Shown: positions 1 through 9,251 of the stretch, in pieces
How positions within the stretch are numbered: the stretch's first letter is position 1
How the letters are laid out: each line of letters starts with the position of its first letter
Made by a program: the position numbers and the translations under genes
Assembly: GCA_965263355.1 (NCBI GenBank)
Contig: CBDHHL010000032.1
Span: forward strand, 2,272,001 to 2,336,000
Length of the DNA: 64,000 nucleotides
Direction: 5' to 3'
Source: Leptolyngbyaceae cyanobacterium
Lineage (GTDB): Bacteria > Cyanobacteriota > Cyanobacteriia > Phormidesmidales > Phormidesmidaceae
Notes under the pieces: model-generated
Seen by the model: only the letters and a program-made list of their open reading frames with translations
Told to the model about the DNA's origin: nothing
Databases searched by the model: none

Positions 1-1092
1 TCGGGGTTAGAGCTGGCTTTAAAGGCCTTACAAATTACCCGCACTCTCCATGCTGGGGCTGCTCCTTCTCTTGGTCAAGCTGATACAGCGCTACGAGTAA
101 CATTAAATTTTGCCTTGTCTCGTCAGTTATATGGTCAATCTCTATGGGAGATGCCAAATGTGACCGATACTTTGGCAAATGCCTTTTTAGATATTTTGAT
201 GTGTGAGTGTCTCTCAATTACCGCTGTCAGATCCTTACACACGAGTCCTGATCAAATGAGTCTACTTTCTGCTGTTGTTAAATATTTTGTTCCAGATCGG
301 GTAGAATTACTGATTAATAATTTATCGGCTGTATTAGGCGCACGTTACTATTTGAGGGAAGAACACTGTTGGGGTATTTTCCAAAAAATTGTCAGAGACC
401 ATGCCATCGTCAGTGTATTTGATGGTAGTGCAGCCGTTAACTTGAATAGTATTGTTTTACAATTGCATCAATTGGCTAGTTGTCGAGCAACTATTCGAGA
501 AGATATTGATAACACAATTCATTCCTATCTTGATGCTACATATAATTTAACTAACACTCTGCCACACTTTAAGCCTCAACAACTAGAACTATACAATCGA
601 GGTTTTGATTATACGCTTCAGGGAGTTAACATTGCACTGGATCACCTATTGACATTGAAATCAACTGAGGATTTAGAGGCCAGTGTCCTGAATAACATTA
701 TTACACTTACCCAAAAACTGATAAACAAAATTCAGCAGCAGGATGCTCTAATCCTTGACTTAGGTGGACAATACATTGCTAAGTTAGGTAAATCTTCTGA
801 TTTATTTGAGTTAGCAAAATATTACTGTATTTTTCATGTGGCAGTAACCTGTGTATTGATCTGGGTATATAACCGACAGAACTTAGGTGGTTTTTTCGCT
901 CGGGGAGAATGGTTAGTTCTCTGTCTTAAACGACTGCTCAAAGATATCCGTTGTGAGAATATCTATCATGAGAAAGTCTTTGATCCTGATATTGATACTG
1001 AGAAAGCCTATTTTAGGAAGATTTGTGAGGAAGTACTGCGACTCCACAGGAATGGGCAACTGTTTTCTATCATCTCTTTGCAGTTAGGATAA
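1..1092 (+). CDS. Acyl-CoA/acyl-ACP dehydrogenase family protein (5'-truncated by window)
   Basis: Frame is open from base 1 (SGLELALKALQITRTLHAG...ADTALRVTLNFALSRQLYGQ). ACAD C-terminal features are present (R-x-L-Y-G; FQKIVRDHAIVSVFDGSAAVN). It sits upstream of desaturases and an ACP. Confidence 0.75.
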   Translation, partial: SGLELALKALQITRTLHAGAAPSLGQADTALRVTLNFALSRQLYGQSLWEMPNVTDTLANAFLDILMCECLSITAVRSLHTSPDQMSLLSAVVKYFVPDRVELLINNLSAVLGARYYLREEHCWGIFQKIVRDHAIVSVFDGSAAVNLNSIVLQLHQLASCRATIREDIDNTIHSYLDATYNLTNTLPHFKPQQLELYNRGFDYTLQGVNIALDHLLTLKSTEDLEASVLNNIITLTQKLINKIQQQDALILDLGGQYIAKLGKSSDLFELAKYYCIFHVAVTCVLIWVYNRQNLGGFFARGEWLVLCLKRLLKDIRCENIYHEKVFDPDIDTEKAYFRKICEEVLRLHRNGQLFSIISLQLG

Positions 1093-1161
1093 GGTTTTTA
1101 GTGAATGCCTATAGTTAGATGCCTGTAGTTAGATAATTAGTAGTTAGGTAGTTTAATAACC

Positions 1162-2127
1162 GTGGATAATCAGTTAGCTAATATTAAACGTGACTTTAAG
1201 AAGCCATTATCTAATATTCCTCATATCACTAGACTTAGGGTCTCTCAGCTCAGGCAAGAACGAAAAATTTTTGCAATGTCAATATTGCTGCCCTGTGTTG
1301 GTTTTTTAGGTATGCTGGCACTAGCTGTCTACTCAGGTATCTACTATCTTGATCTTGCTCTATTAGGAAGTTTTTTCCTGCTTACAGTCATTGGGATTGA
1401 AGTTGGTTATCATCGACTATTTTCCCATCATGCTTTTGAAACTACATCAGCCATTCAATTTCTGTTAGGCGTTGCTGGTAGCATGGCGTTACAGGGACCT
1501 GTTGTTTACTGGGCCAGTAATCATCGTCGTCATCATACCTGTAGCGATCAGTCTGACGATCCTCACTCACCCCAAGGACATGGTTCAGGTTGGCAAGGGT
1601 TGTTTCAGGGATTATGGCATGCTCATATTGGCTGGATATTTTCACCTGAGAGAACCTGTCCGGGGCACTATGGGCGAGACCTATTAGCTGATCCTATAAT
1701 TCAACAGATTGATCGTGGCTACCTCCTCTGGGTAAGCATAGGTCTGTTGTTACCTGCTCTTATTGGTGCCTGGGTCAATGGAGGGATGGGGAGTTTGCAT
1801 GGTTTTTTATGGGGAGGATTGGGACGTATCTTTCTTGTTCAACAGGGTACTTACAGCATTAATTCTTGCTGTCATAGCTTTGGGTCGCGTTTATTTAAGA
1901 CTGATGACCAGAGCACTAATAATCTCTGGTTGGCATTACCTACCTTGGGTGGTTCATTGCATAATACTCACCATGCTTTTCCTAATACAGCCACCAATAG
2001 AGTTCGATGGTGGCATCTTGATGTGAGTGGGTGGTTGATTCAAGCTTTGGCAAAGGTGGGTCTGGTTTGGAATATGAAAGTACCGTCATCACAGATGATT
2101 GAATCTAAGCTAATTAACCCTGGGTAG
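1162..2127 (+). CDS. Membrane fatty-acyl desaturase (delta9/JamB-like)
   Basis: Three His boxes HRLFSH, HRRHH, HNTHH; DPHSP and WHAHIGW motifs; hydrophobic segments. Confidence 0.9.
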   Translation: MDNQLANIKRDFKKPLSNIPHITRLRVSQLRQERKIFAMSILLPCVGFLGMLALAVYSGIYYLDLALLGSFFLLTVIGIEVGYHRLFSHHAFETTSAIQFLLGVAGSMALQGPVVYWASNHRRHHTCSDQSDDPHSPQGHGSGWQGLFQGLWHAHIGWIFSPERTCPGHYGRDLLADPIIQQIDRGYLLWVSIGLLLPALIGAWVNGGMGSLHGFLWGGLGRIFLVQQGTYSINSCCHSFGSRLFKTDDQSTNNLWLALPTLGGSLHNTHHAFPNTATNRVRWWHLDVSGWLIQALAKVGLVWNMKVPSSQMIESKLINPG

Positions 2128-2167
2128 AATAAAAGGTTTTTGTTGTTCTACCCACTCATGTCGACTC

Positions 2168-3160
2168 ATGGTGAGTAGCGGTCACCATCCAAAGCCTTTA
2201 AAGGCTAGCGTATATATGTCGAAAACGTTGAATCATCCTCAAATCACAATCGTTAACGATTATTTGCAAGCAATACAGCAACGTCATGCTTTTGCAATTA
2301 CACTTTTGCCTCTGTTGGGTGTAGTACTTGCCGTTGTTCAGGTGTGGAACTATGGTATTAGTGCTGTCGATATTGCTGTCTTGCTGATTATGTACGGACT
2401 GACAGTAATTGGAGTAGAAGTAGGTCTACATCGGTATTTTTCTCACAAGTCTTTTGATACTCATCCACCGATACGTTGGGTGTTGGGTGTGCTGGGCTCA
2501 ATGGCCGCTCAAGGTCCATTGATTTATTGGGCGGCTAATCATCGCCGCCATCATCAATTTAGCGATCGCACCGGTGATCCCCACTCCCCTTATGAATACG
2601 GAGTACCTACTCAACAACGGTTAAAGGGACTTTGGCATGCTCATACAGGCTGGATGTTTCATCATACAACACCTAATCCAGCATTCTTTACTAAAGAGAT
2701 GTGTCAAGATACTTTAATTAATCAGATTGATCGTCTGTACTTAGGATGGGTTGCCTTAGGCTTGGGACTTCCTTCTGTTATCGTTGGATTGTTTACGCAA
2801 AGTTGGGCGGGGCTTTGGCTTGGATTTTTATGGGGTGGGTTAGTACGAATTTTTATTGTCAACCAAGGTGCCACTTTCTTTGTGAATTCTGTTTGTCATA
2901 CCTGGGGAAAACGACCATTTAATACCCAAGACTCAAGTACCAATAATATTTGGTTGGTCTTGGTTACCTTTGGGGGGGCCTGGCACAATAATCATCATGC
3001 CTTTCCAAATGCTGCGATGAATGATTTGGAATGGTGGCAGTTGGATTTGAGTGGTTGTCTTATTCGTGTACTCAAATGGATTGGTTGGGCCTGGAATGTT
3101 AAACAACCAACGAAGGCCATGATAGAAGCTAGAAAACATCAAAGTCTGGCATCTCCATAA
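2168..3160 (+). CDS. Second membrane fatty-acyl desaturase (delta9/JamB-like); start may be ATG 2216
   Basis: His boxes HRYFSH, HRRHH, HNNHH; clear paralogue of the upstream gene. Confidence 0.9.
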   Translation: MVSSGHHPKPLKASVYMSKTLNHPQITIVNDYLQAIQQRHAFAITLLPLLGVVLAVVQVWNYGISAVDIAVLLIMYGLTVIGVEVGLHRYFSHKSFDTHPPIRWVLGVLGSMAAQGPLIYWAANHRRHHQFSDRTGDPHSPYEYGVPTQQRLKGLWHAHTGWMFHHTTPNPAFFTKEMCQDTLINQIDRLYLGWVALGLGLPSVIVGLFTQSWAGLWLGFLWGGLVRIFIVNQGATFFVNSVCHTWGKRPFNTQDSSTNNIWLVLVTFGGAWHNNHHAFPNAAMNDLEWWQLDLSGCLIRVLKWIGWAWNVKQPTKAMIEARKHQSLASP

Positions 3161-3232
3161 TGTTATTTCGCAGATTCAATTTCTTTAGAGCCCCCCCTGA
3201 CCATTTATTTTATTGTCATAGAAGATACTGAT

Positions 3233-3679
3233 ATGAGTATTTTAAATCAAATTTTGACCCGACAAGAGAGACTACAACCTGAAGCTCCTGTTGTTAAGTC
3301 AATAACATCCGAGGAAATTAAATTGTGGCTAATTTCTCAGCTTGCAGAGAGGTTGGAAGTTCCTTCTGAGTCAATTGATCCCCATAAAGATTTTGTGGAA
3401 TACGGCCTTAATTCGATTGAAGCTGTCAATCTTTCTGGAGGGTTAGAAAACTATCTAGGCTGTCGCCTCTCGCCTACATTGATTTGGGATTGTCCGAATA
3501 TTGAAACCCTGGTGCGGTATTTAGCAGAAGAGAATATCGCAGGAGATATTACATCTTTAACACAAAATGACCTTCAACTACGTGAAGTACAAAAACTACT
3601 GGCTAATATGGATCAACTATCTGATGAGTCTGTAGATATGTTATTAAATGTTATGTTGCCTGAGCAAGATGATCGATGA
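3233..3679 (+). CDS. Acyl carrier protein with C-terminal helical extension
   Basis: Phosphopantetheine site YGLNSIEAV (GLDS variant), LSPTLIWDCPNIETL typical of PKS-type ACPs; acidic tail LSDESVDMLL. Confidence 0.88.
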   Translation: MSILNQILTRQERLQPEAPVVKSITSEEIKLWLISQLAERLEVPSESIDPHKDFVEYGLNSIEAVNLSGGLENYLGCRLSPTLIWDCPNIETLVRYLAEENIAGDITSLTQNDLQLREVQKLLANMDQLSDESVDMLLNVMLPEQDDR

Positions 3680-3731
3680 TGAATCGCTCGTATTCCAGGT
3701 TAAATGCCATGCTGTTTGAACAAGCGAGGGT

Positions 3732-5066
3732 ATGATGAGCATTCAACCACACATCAATAAGGTGAATCTCTCATCTCAGGAAAAACGTGCTCTACTGACA
3801 AAGTTATTGATGGAAAAAGCGCTTTTACCACCACTGTCGGTAGCCTCCTCAGATATTCCTTCTGAGTATTACTGTTTTGATCACTATTCAGGCTATCAGC
3901 AATTACAACAGCAACGCATCCAACTGCAAGCCTTAGGGTTAGAGAATCCTTATTTTGCAGTTCATGATCAGGTCGCTCAGAACACTACCCAGATAAATGG
4001 TAAAACATTTATAAATTACTCTACCTATAATTATTTGGGACTCTCAGGGCACCCTGCTGTTTCTAAAGCTGCTAAAGCTGCAATTGATCGTTATGGTACA
4101 TCGGTGTCAGCTAGCCGAATCGCCTCAGGTGAGAAAAAACTCCATCGAGAACTGGAGCAGGTCCTGGCAAAATTTCTAAATACGGAAGACTGTATTGTTT
4201 TTATTGGTGGCCATGCTACCAATGTATCCACCATTAGTCATCTGTTTGGGCGCAATGATTTGATCTTGCATGATGAGCTGAGTCATAACAGTATTTTGCA
4301 AGGGATTTTATTGTCGGGTGCCAGTGCGATCTCATTTCCCCACAATAACTGGCAGGCGCTAGATCGTCTTTTACAAGATCACCGTCATGCCTATCAACGG
4401 GTACTGATAGTCATTGAAGGCGTGTATAGCACTGATGGTGATATTCCAGATCTACCTCGATTTATCGAGGTTAAAAAACGCCATAAAACCTTTTTAATGG
4501 TGGATGAAGCCCATTCTATTGGTGTGTTAGGTAGCCAGGGAAGCGGTATTGGTGAATATTTTTCCGTAGATCGCACTGATGTAGATTTGTGGATGGGGAC
4601 CCTTAGCAAAAGTTTGGCCAGCTGTGGCGGATATATTGCTGGCAGTCAAGTGCTGGTAGACTATCTTAAATATACCGCCCCTGGTTTTGTCTATAGTGTC
4701 GGCATCTCGCCCGCCAATGCGGCGGCAGCCCTGGCAGCACTGCAACAGCTTCAATCTGAACCGGACCGTATTAGTCGTTTACATCAACGGGCCAACTTAT
4801 TTTTGAAGTTAGCCCAAAAGGCAGGCCTAAACACAGGCCTCAGTCATCATTCTGCTGTTGTACCCATTATTCTGGGTGATTCTCTACGATGTCTCCAACT
4901 AGCTCAATCATTATTCCAACAAGGAATTAACGTACAGCCATTGAGCGCACCCACGGTACCTGAAAAAACGTCTCGTTTGCGGTTCTTCATTAGCTGTCTA
5001 CATACAGAAGAGCAGATTCACTTTACTGTTGAAACCCTTATCCAGGCAGTGACAGATTTGCCATGA
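3732..5066 (+). CDS. Alpha-oxoamine synthase family PLP enzyme (SPT/BioF/RkpG-WcbT-like)
   Basis: YNYLGL, HNS, EGVYSTDGD, VDEAHS, GTLSKS (PLP Lys), RLRFF motifs. Confidence 0.9.
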   Translation: MMSIQPHINKVNLSSQEKRALLTKLLMEKALLPPLSVASSDIPSEYYCFDHYSGYQQLQQQRIQLQALGLENPYFAVHDQVAQNTTQINGKTFINYSTYNYLGLSGHPAVSKAAKAAIDRYGTSVSASRIASGEKKLHRELEQVLAKFLNTEDCIVFIGGHATNVSTISHLFGRNDLILHDELSHNSILQGILLSGASAISFPHNNWQALDRLLQDHRHAYQRVLIVIEGVYSTDGDIPDLPRFIEVKKRHKTFLMVDEAHSIGVLGSQGSGIGEYFSVDRTDVDLWMGTLSKSLASCGGYIAGSQVLVDYLKYTAPGFVYSVGISPANAAAALAALQQLQSEPDRISRLHQRANLFLKLAQKAGLNTGLSHHSAVVPIILGDSLRCLQLAQSLFQQGINVQPLSAPTVPEKTSRLRFFISCLHTEEQIHFTVETLIQAVTDLP

Positions 5067-5318
5067 TCAGTCAGCTATCCATCTCTCTAGTATCTTATGT
5101 ACTTTAGCACCAATATGCAATTATGACAGGGAGCTATGGTCTAGTAATTGAGGTTCATCAGCAAAGATATGGAACTAGCAGAGAGAAACAAATATCTCAG
5201 AAAATAGTTTGAGAATCTCGCTGAAAACTAAGACAGTGTTTCCCTACAATCTGTTGGGTGAACTGGTGAGTCTGTTACGGTGAAATTATTGACAAGATAG
5301 GTTTATTAAGGTGTTTCG

Positions 5319-6344
5319 ATGCAAGTGTTAGTGACTGGAGGTGCTGGTTACATTGGCTCCCATGTGGTCTATCAGTTAGAAAAGCAAGGGTATGATGTAG
5401 TTGTTTATGACAACTGTTCTGTCGGTAATCTAGCAAATGTCTTATCAGCAGACGTGCTTATCGGTGATCTAAAGGACATTGATAAACTTTCTAGTACATT
5501 TGCCAGATATCGATTCGATGCAGTACTTCACTTTGCTGCCAGCACAATTGTCCCTGAATCTATAACCTACCCGTTAGACTATTATCAAAATAATGTATGT
5601 GCCACGCTTAATTTGCTGCGTTGTTGCCAGACCTATCAGGTCAATCAGCTAGTTTTTTCGAGCACAGCAGCTGTGTACGGACATTCCCCCAATGAACCAA
5701 TAACGGAATCATTTCCCACATCACCGATTAATCCCTACGGACAATCTAAATTGATGTGTGAACAGATCATTCAGGATCATGCGCGGTCATCAGATTTACG
5801 TTGTACGATCCTGCGCTATTTCAATGTTGCTGGAGCTAATCCTCACATACCAGTAGGACAATCTGTACTTAATGCGACTCACCTGATCAAAGTTGTTTGT
5901 GAAGCTGCTGTCGGTAAGCGTCCTTGGGTGAAAATATTTGGTACCGACTTTCCAACCAGAGATGGAACAGGTATTCGAGACTATATCCATATAAACGATC
6001 TTGCTACAGCTCATTTGATTGCTTTAGAGTATTTATCCTCAGGAGGAACAACTGATATTCTGAATTGTGGCTATGGCAAAGGATACAGTGTTCGAGAGGT
6101 GGTCGAAGCTGCAAAAAGATTGTCTGGCATTGACTTTCCAGTCATCGAAACCGAACGACGTCCAGGCGACCCAGCTTGTTCGATTGCTGCTTCAGAACGG
6201 ATTCGACGGATATTGGGATGGCAGCCTCAACACGATGCACTAGACGTTATCGTTAGCAGTTCTTTAGCTTTGGAACAGCAACTATTACAGAATAATGGAC
6301 ACGCAGACAATAAGTACCCTGTGCCTCAAATAAAATGTTTATGA
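5319..6344 (+). CDS. galE: UDP-glucose 4-epimerase
   Basis: VTGGAGYIGSH, HFAA, FSSTAAVYG, YGQSK, LRYFNVAGA, DGTGIRDYIH motifs. Confidence 0.9.
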   Translation: MQVLVTGGAGYIGSHVVYQLEKQGYDVVVYDNCSVGNLANVLSADVLIGDLKDIDKLSSTFARYRFDAVLHFAASTIVPESITYPLDYYQNNVCATLNLLRCCQTYQVNQLVFSSTAAVYGHSPNEPITESFPTSPINPYGQSKLMCEQIIQDHARSSDLRCTILRYFNVAGANPHIPVGQSVLNATHLIKVVCEAAVGKRPWVKIFGTDFPTRDGTGIRDYIHINDLATAHLIALEYLSSGGTTDILNCGYGKGYSVREVVEAAKRLSGIDFPVIETERRPGDPACSIAASERIRRILGWQPQHDALDVIVSSSLALEQQLLQNNGHADNKYPVPQIKCL

Positions 6345-6356
6345 GCATACTGCTAG

Positions 6357-7238
6357 TTGCAACAGTATTTTTTACCATTGGGCATAACGTTATGCAAAAT
6401 AAAGATTGAAATACTAGCTATGAATATATTTAGCAAGAGATTCATAGGTCCTCTAGTTATGCAAAATCAGATCAAAATTATCAGGAAATTCTATCTTAAT
6501 GCTAATCTGATTTTTAGTTGGCTTCTATCCACAAGACTAATTCTTATACTTGGTTGCCAAAGGAGTGGGACGACATTAACTCATATGCTAATATCGTCGC
6601 ATCCAAAAATTGATGGGAAAGATGAGAGCGAAATTGGATTTGATTTTCCAAATTGGAAATTTCTAATTTGCTCCTTTTTGAAAGGGCATTACCTTAGCTG
6701 TAAGTTGCCAACAAAAACTCCAGAACTTGAGTCAATAATCCATAAATTTCCCCATGCGACAGTTGTATGGGTAACCAGGAATCCGCTGAGTGTTGTTTCA
6801 TCGATGAAAACCTTAAAAATTGGTGACACAACCAATTGGCTGCAAAAACATGGTAAAAGTGAACTTTTGAGACATGGGAAAATTTTTCCTGAACTTATGG
6901 CGATTGATTTTGAGCGGACGGATCAGATTTCATTGGGTGCGTATATTTGGAAGTACAAGCTGAAAACCAGGCAATTATATACTGATTCTCCCTTAAGAAA
7001 CTTTTCCTTTGTCTATGAGGATCTTGTCGCAAATCCGAAGAAAGAGATAACTCCAATGCTAAAGGATTTAGAACTTAACTGGAATGATAAGATTCTAAAC
7101 CACGAAGAAGTTCATCGTGGCAAAAGATATCCTGGCCGTACGATTGGCAGTAGGCCGATCGATCAAAGCAGAATCAATCCAACTTTAAATCTGGATGAGG
7201 ATGAGATCAAACGAGTGCGAAGTATACTAAAAGACTGA
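6357..7238 (+). CDS. PAPS-dependent sulfotransferase (likely start ATG 6420 or 6459)
   Basis: GCQRSGTT 5'-PSB loop, RNPLSVVSS 3'-PB, YEDLV. Confidence 0.8.
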   Translation: MQQYFLPLGITLCKIKIEILAMNIFSKRFIGPLVMQNQIKIIRKFYLNANLIFSWLLSTRLILILGCQRSGTTLTHMLISSHPKIDGKDESEIGFDFPNWKFLICSFLKGHYLSCKLPTKTPELESIIHKFPHATVVWVTRNPLSVVSSMKTLKIGDTTNWLQKHGKSELLRHGKIFPELMAIDFERTDQISLGAYIWKYKLKTRQLYTDSPLRNFSFVYEDLVANPKKEITPMLKDLELNWNDKILNHEEVHRGKRYPGRTIGSRPIDQSRINPTLNLDEDEIKRVRSILKD

Positions 7239-7337
7239 GCGAGTCTGATTTATAAATTTCCAGCGGTTTAGAAATAATTGTAGAGATAACTCCCCATCAA
7301 GATTGCAGCTACTGCTTAACGTATGGCAAACACTAAA

Positions 7338-7892
7338 CTATTGCTTTAAACCAAGTTGCTTTCGTAGCCAGGTTGCTCCCATAAATAAAAGAGGAGCAAC
7401 AATACAGCCCGTTAAAACTAAATGCTTAGGAAAAGCGAAAAAAAAGTACCATAGAATTAGAACTCCAAATGTTGAGTCCATATGATCGATGACGTAAAAG
7501 AGGCGATTACTTTCATCTCCTGGTGGTATTTGTAAGCGACGTTTAATAAACGAATTGGGAAGCTCAGCCAAATTAAAAATAAATCCAACGAATAGTCCAT
7601 AGACTATAGCGTTAAAATCTGACAACAACACAAAATTTGTTTTTTCTTGGAATAGATAGATTTCGGGTAGCTGTATAAGCCAGGTGCTGACAACCATTGT
7701 TATCGGTAAGCTGACTAAACCTCGCCAACGTTTGTTAGCACCAAACCAGGTCTGGTGGATAGGCTGATTCAAAGATTCAAAATAGGGTGTTTTCCAGAGA
7801 AAGGCTTCCAATACACCGGCAAGGAATAGACCACAACCTAACCACATTAGATTAAAAGTATCTCTTAAGATTATTAAAAAAATATTTTCCAT
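7338..7892 (-). CDS. CarS (CDP-archaeol synthase)-like membrane cytidylyltransferase
   Basis: FGANKRWRG, AELPNSFIKRRLQIPPG, IDHMDS signature of the CarS/CTP_transf family; several TM helices. Confidence 0.8.
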   Translation of the reverse strand: MENIFLIILRDTFNLMWLGCGLFLAGVLEAFLWKTPYFESLNQPIHQTWFGANKRWRGLVSLPITMVVSTWLIQLPEIYLFQEKTNFVLLSDFNAIVYGLFVGFIFNLAELPNSFIKRRLQIPPGDESNRLFYVIDHMDSTFGVLILWYFFFAFPKHLVLTGCIVAPLLFMGATWLRKQLGLKQ

Positions 7893-7913
7893 CTTGATAA
7901 TTCTAATAGTGCG

Positions 7914-9245
7914 ATGATCTTATTTGAGAATAAACTGGGCCAGCTTATATCCCAGGGTGCTGCCTATGATTGCGATGGTTGGGGACAGCTGACGACAGAT
8001 ACCCTAAGCTGGTCTGTTAATGGAAAACACTATGCCCTTGCTCTGGCCGATACTGTCGGTGTGTCAGCTTGTGATTCCACAGAAAAACAGGGAGGTTTGT
8101 GTTTTGAAGTGTATGCTTATCCGCTAGTGTCTACTAAGCGATGGTTCCAAACCATCGCTTGCTCCAAACGGGTATTGCGAACCTATAAATTTGTTTGTCC
8201 AAAAGCTGAGGTGCGATCGCAATGGCTGCAATCCCTTCAATATGTTCTGAACCAGAGGCCGATCCAGGAAAACTCAAAACCACGTCACCTGCACATTATA
8301 CTCAACCCCACTAGTGGTAAAAGACAGGCCCAGAAGATCTATCAGCTGATTAAACCAATCTTTGAAAACAGCAATATTCAGATTACCCTAACCCAGACCA
8401 CCTCCATCAACCATGGCTTTGAACTCGCTAGAACTCTACCCCTAAATGAGTTAGATGGTTTGGTGGTTATTGGTGGAGACGGTACTTTATACGAAGTCAT
8501 TAATGGCCTTATGGAGCGGCCCGATTGGCAAACGGCTATTCAAACTCCCATTGGCATTATGCCAGCCGGTACTGGAAACGGTTTATGTAAAACCCTTTTA
8601 GAGCAGGCAGGTGAACCCTATGATCCCATTAGTGCCGCGTTTCTAATTGCCAAAGGCAAAACCTATCCCATAGACCTTATTGCTATTGAGCACTGTGGGA
8701 AACGTTATCACAGTTTTCTCTCCTTAGAATGGGCCATAGCCAGTGATGTAGACATCGGGTCAAATTATCTGCGATTTCTGGGTTCCCTCAGACACATGCT
8801 CTATGCCCTGTTTTGTATCCTACGTTTCCGAGTATATAAGGGGCGTTTTTCCTTCTTGCCTGCCCACCCACCCCACCTTCAGTTACACAGCCATGGGAGT
8901 AGCCCTTGGCAAACTATTGAAGATGACTTCATTTTCTTCTGGGCCATGAACATAAAATGGGCTGCCCACGATATGCAAATAGCTCCCCACGCGCAGTTAG
9001 ATAATGGTACTATAGACGTCATTCTGATTCGTAAGGGCATCTCTCGATTGCAGTTATTAATCGCGTTTCTAAAAACTGCTACGGGAGAATACATAAACAT
9101 GGAGAAAATAGAATACTACAGGGTAACGAGTTTCTTGCTAGAACCCCTAACATCAACAGGAATTTTGGCCGTAGATGGAGAGCAGATTGACTACAGCCCA
9201 CTCCAAGCTAATGTTAAGAAAGGCCTAGCCTGCATCATGGGTTAA
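7914..9245 (+). CDS. Eukaryote-type sphingosine/ceramide kinase (DAGK_cat) with PH-like N-terminal domain
   Basis: LNPTSGK, GGDGTLYEVINGLMERPDWQTAIQ, PAGTGNGL, SDVDIGS, VDGE; closely resembles SPHK1/plant SPHK motifs as I recall them. Confidence 0.85.
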   Translation: MILFENKLGQLISQGAAYDCDGWGQLTTDTLSWSVNGKHYALALADTVGVSACDSTEKQGGLCFEVYAYPLVSTKRWFQTIACSKRVLRTYKFVCPKAEVRSQWLQSLQYVLNQRPIQENSKPRHLHIILNPTSGKRQAQKIYQLIKPIFENSNIQITLTQTTSINHGFELARTLPLNELDGLVVIGGDGTLYEVINGLMERPDWQTAIQTPIGIMPAGTGNGLCKTLLEQAGEPYDPISAAFLIAKGKTYPIDLIAIEHCGKRYHSFLSLEWAIASDVDIGSNYLRFLGSLRHMLYALFCILRFRVYKGRFSFLPAHPPHLQLHSHGSSPWQTIEDDFIFFWAMNIKWAAHDMQIAPHAQLDNGTIDVILIRKGISRLQLLIAFLKTATGEYINMEKIEYYRVTSFLLEPLTSTGILAVDGEQIDYSPLQANVKKGLACIMG

Positions 9246-9251
9246 GGATTG

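Noticed and set aside
1105..1150. 14-bp direct repeat ATGCCT(A/G)TAGTTAG
   Set aside because: Short intergenic slippage repeat common in filamentous cyanobacteria; no functional evidence.
3732..5066. bioF (biotin synthesis)
   Set aside because: No bio genes nearby; the ACP/desaturase context and N-terminal docking-like helix fit a specialised AOS enzyme better.
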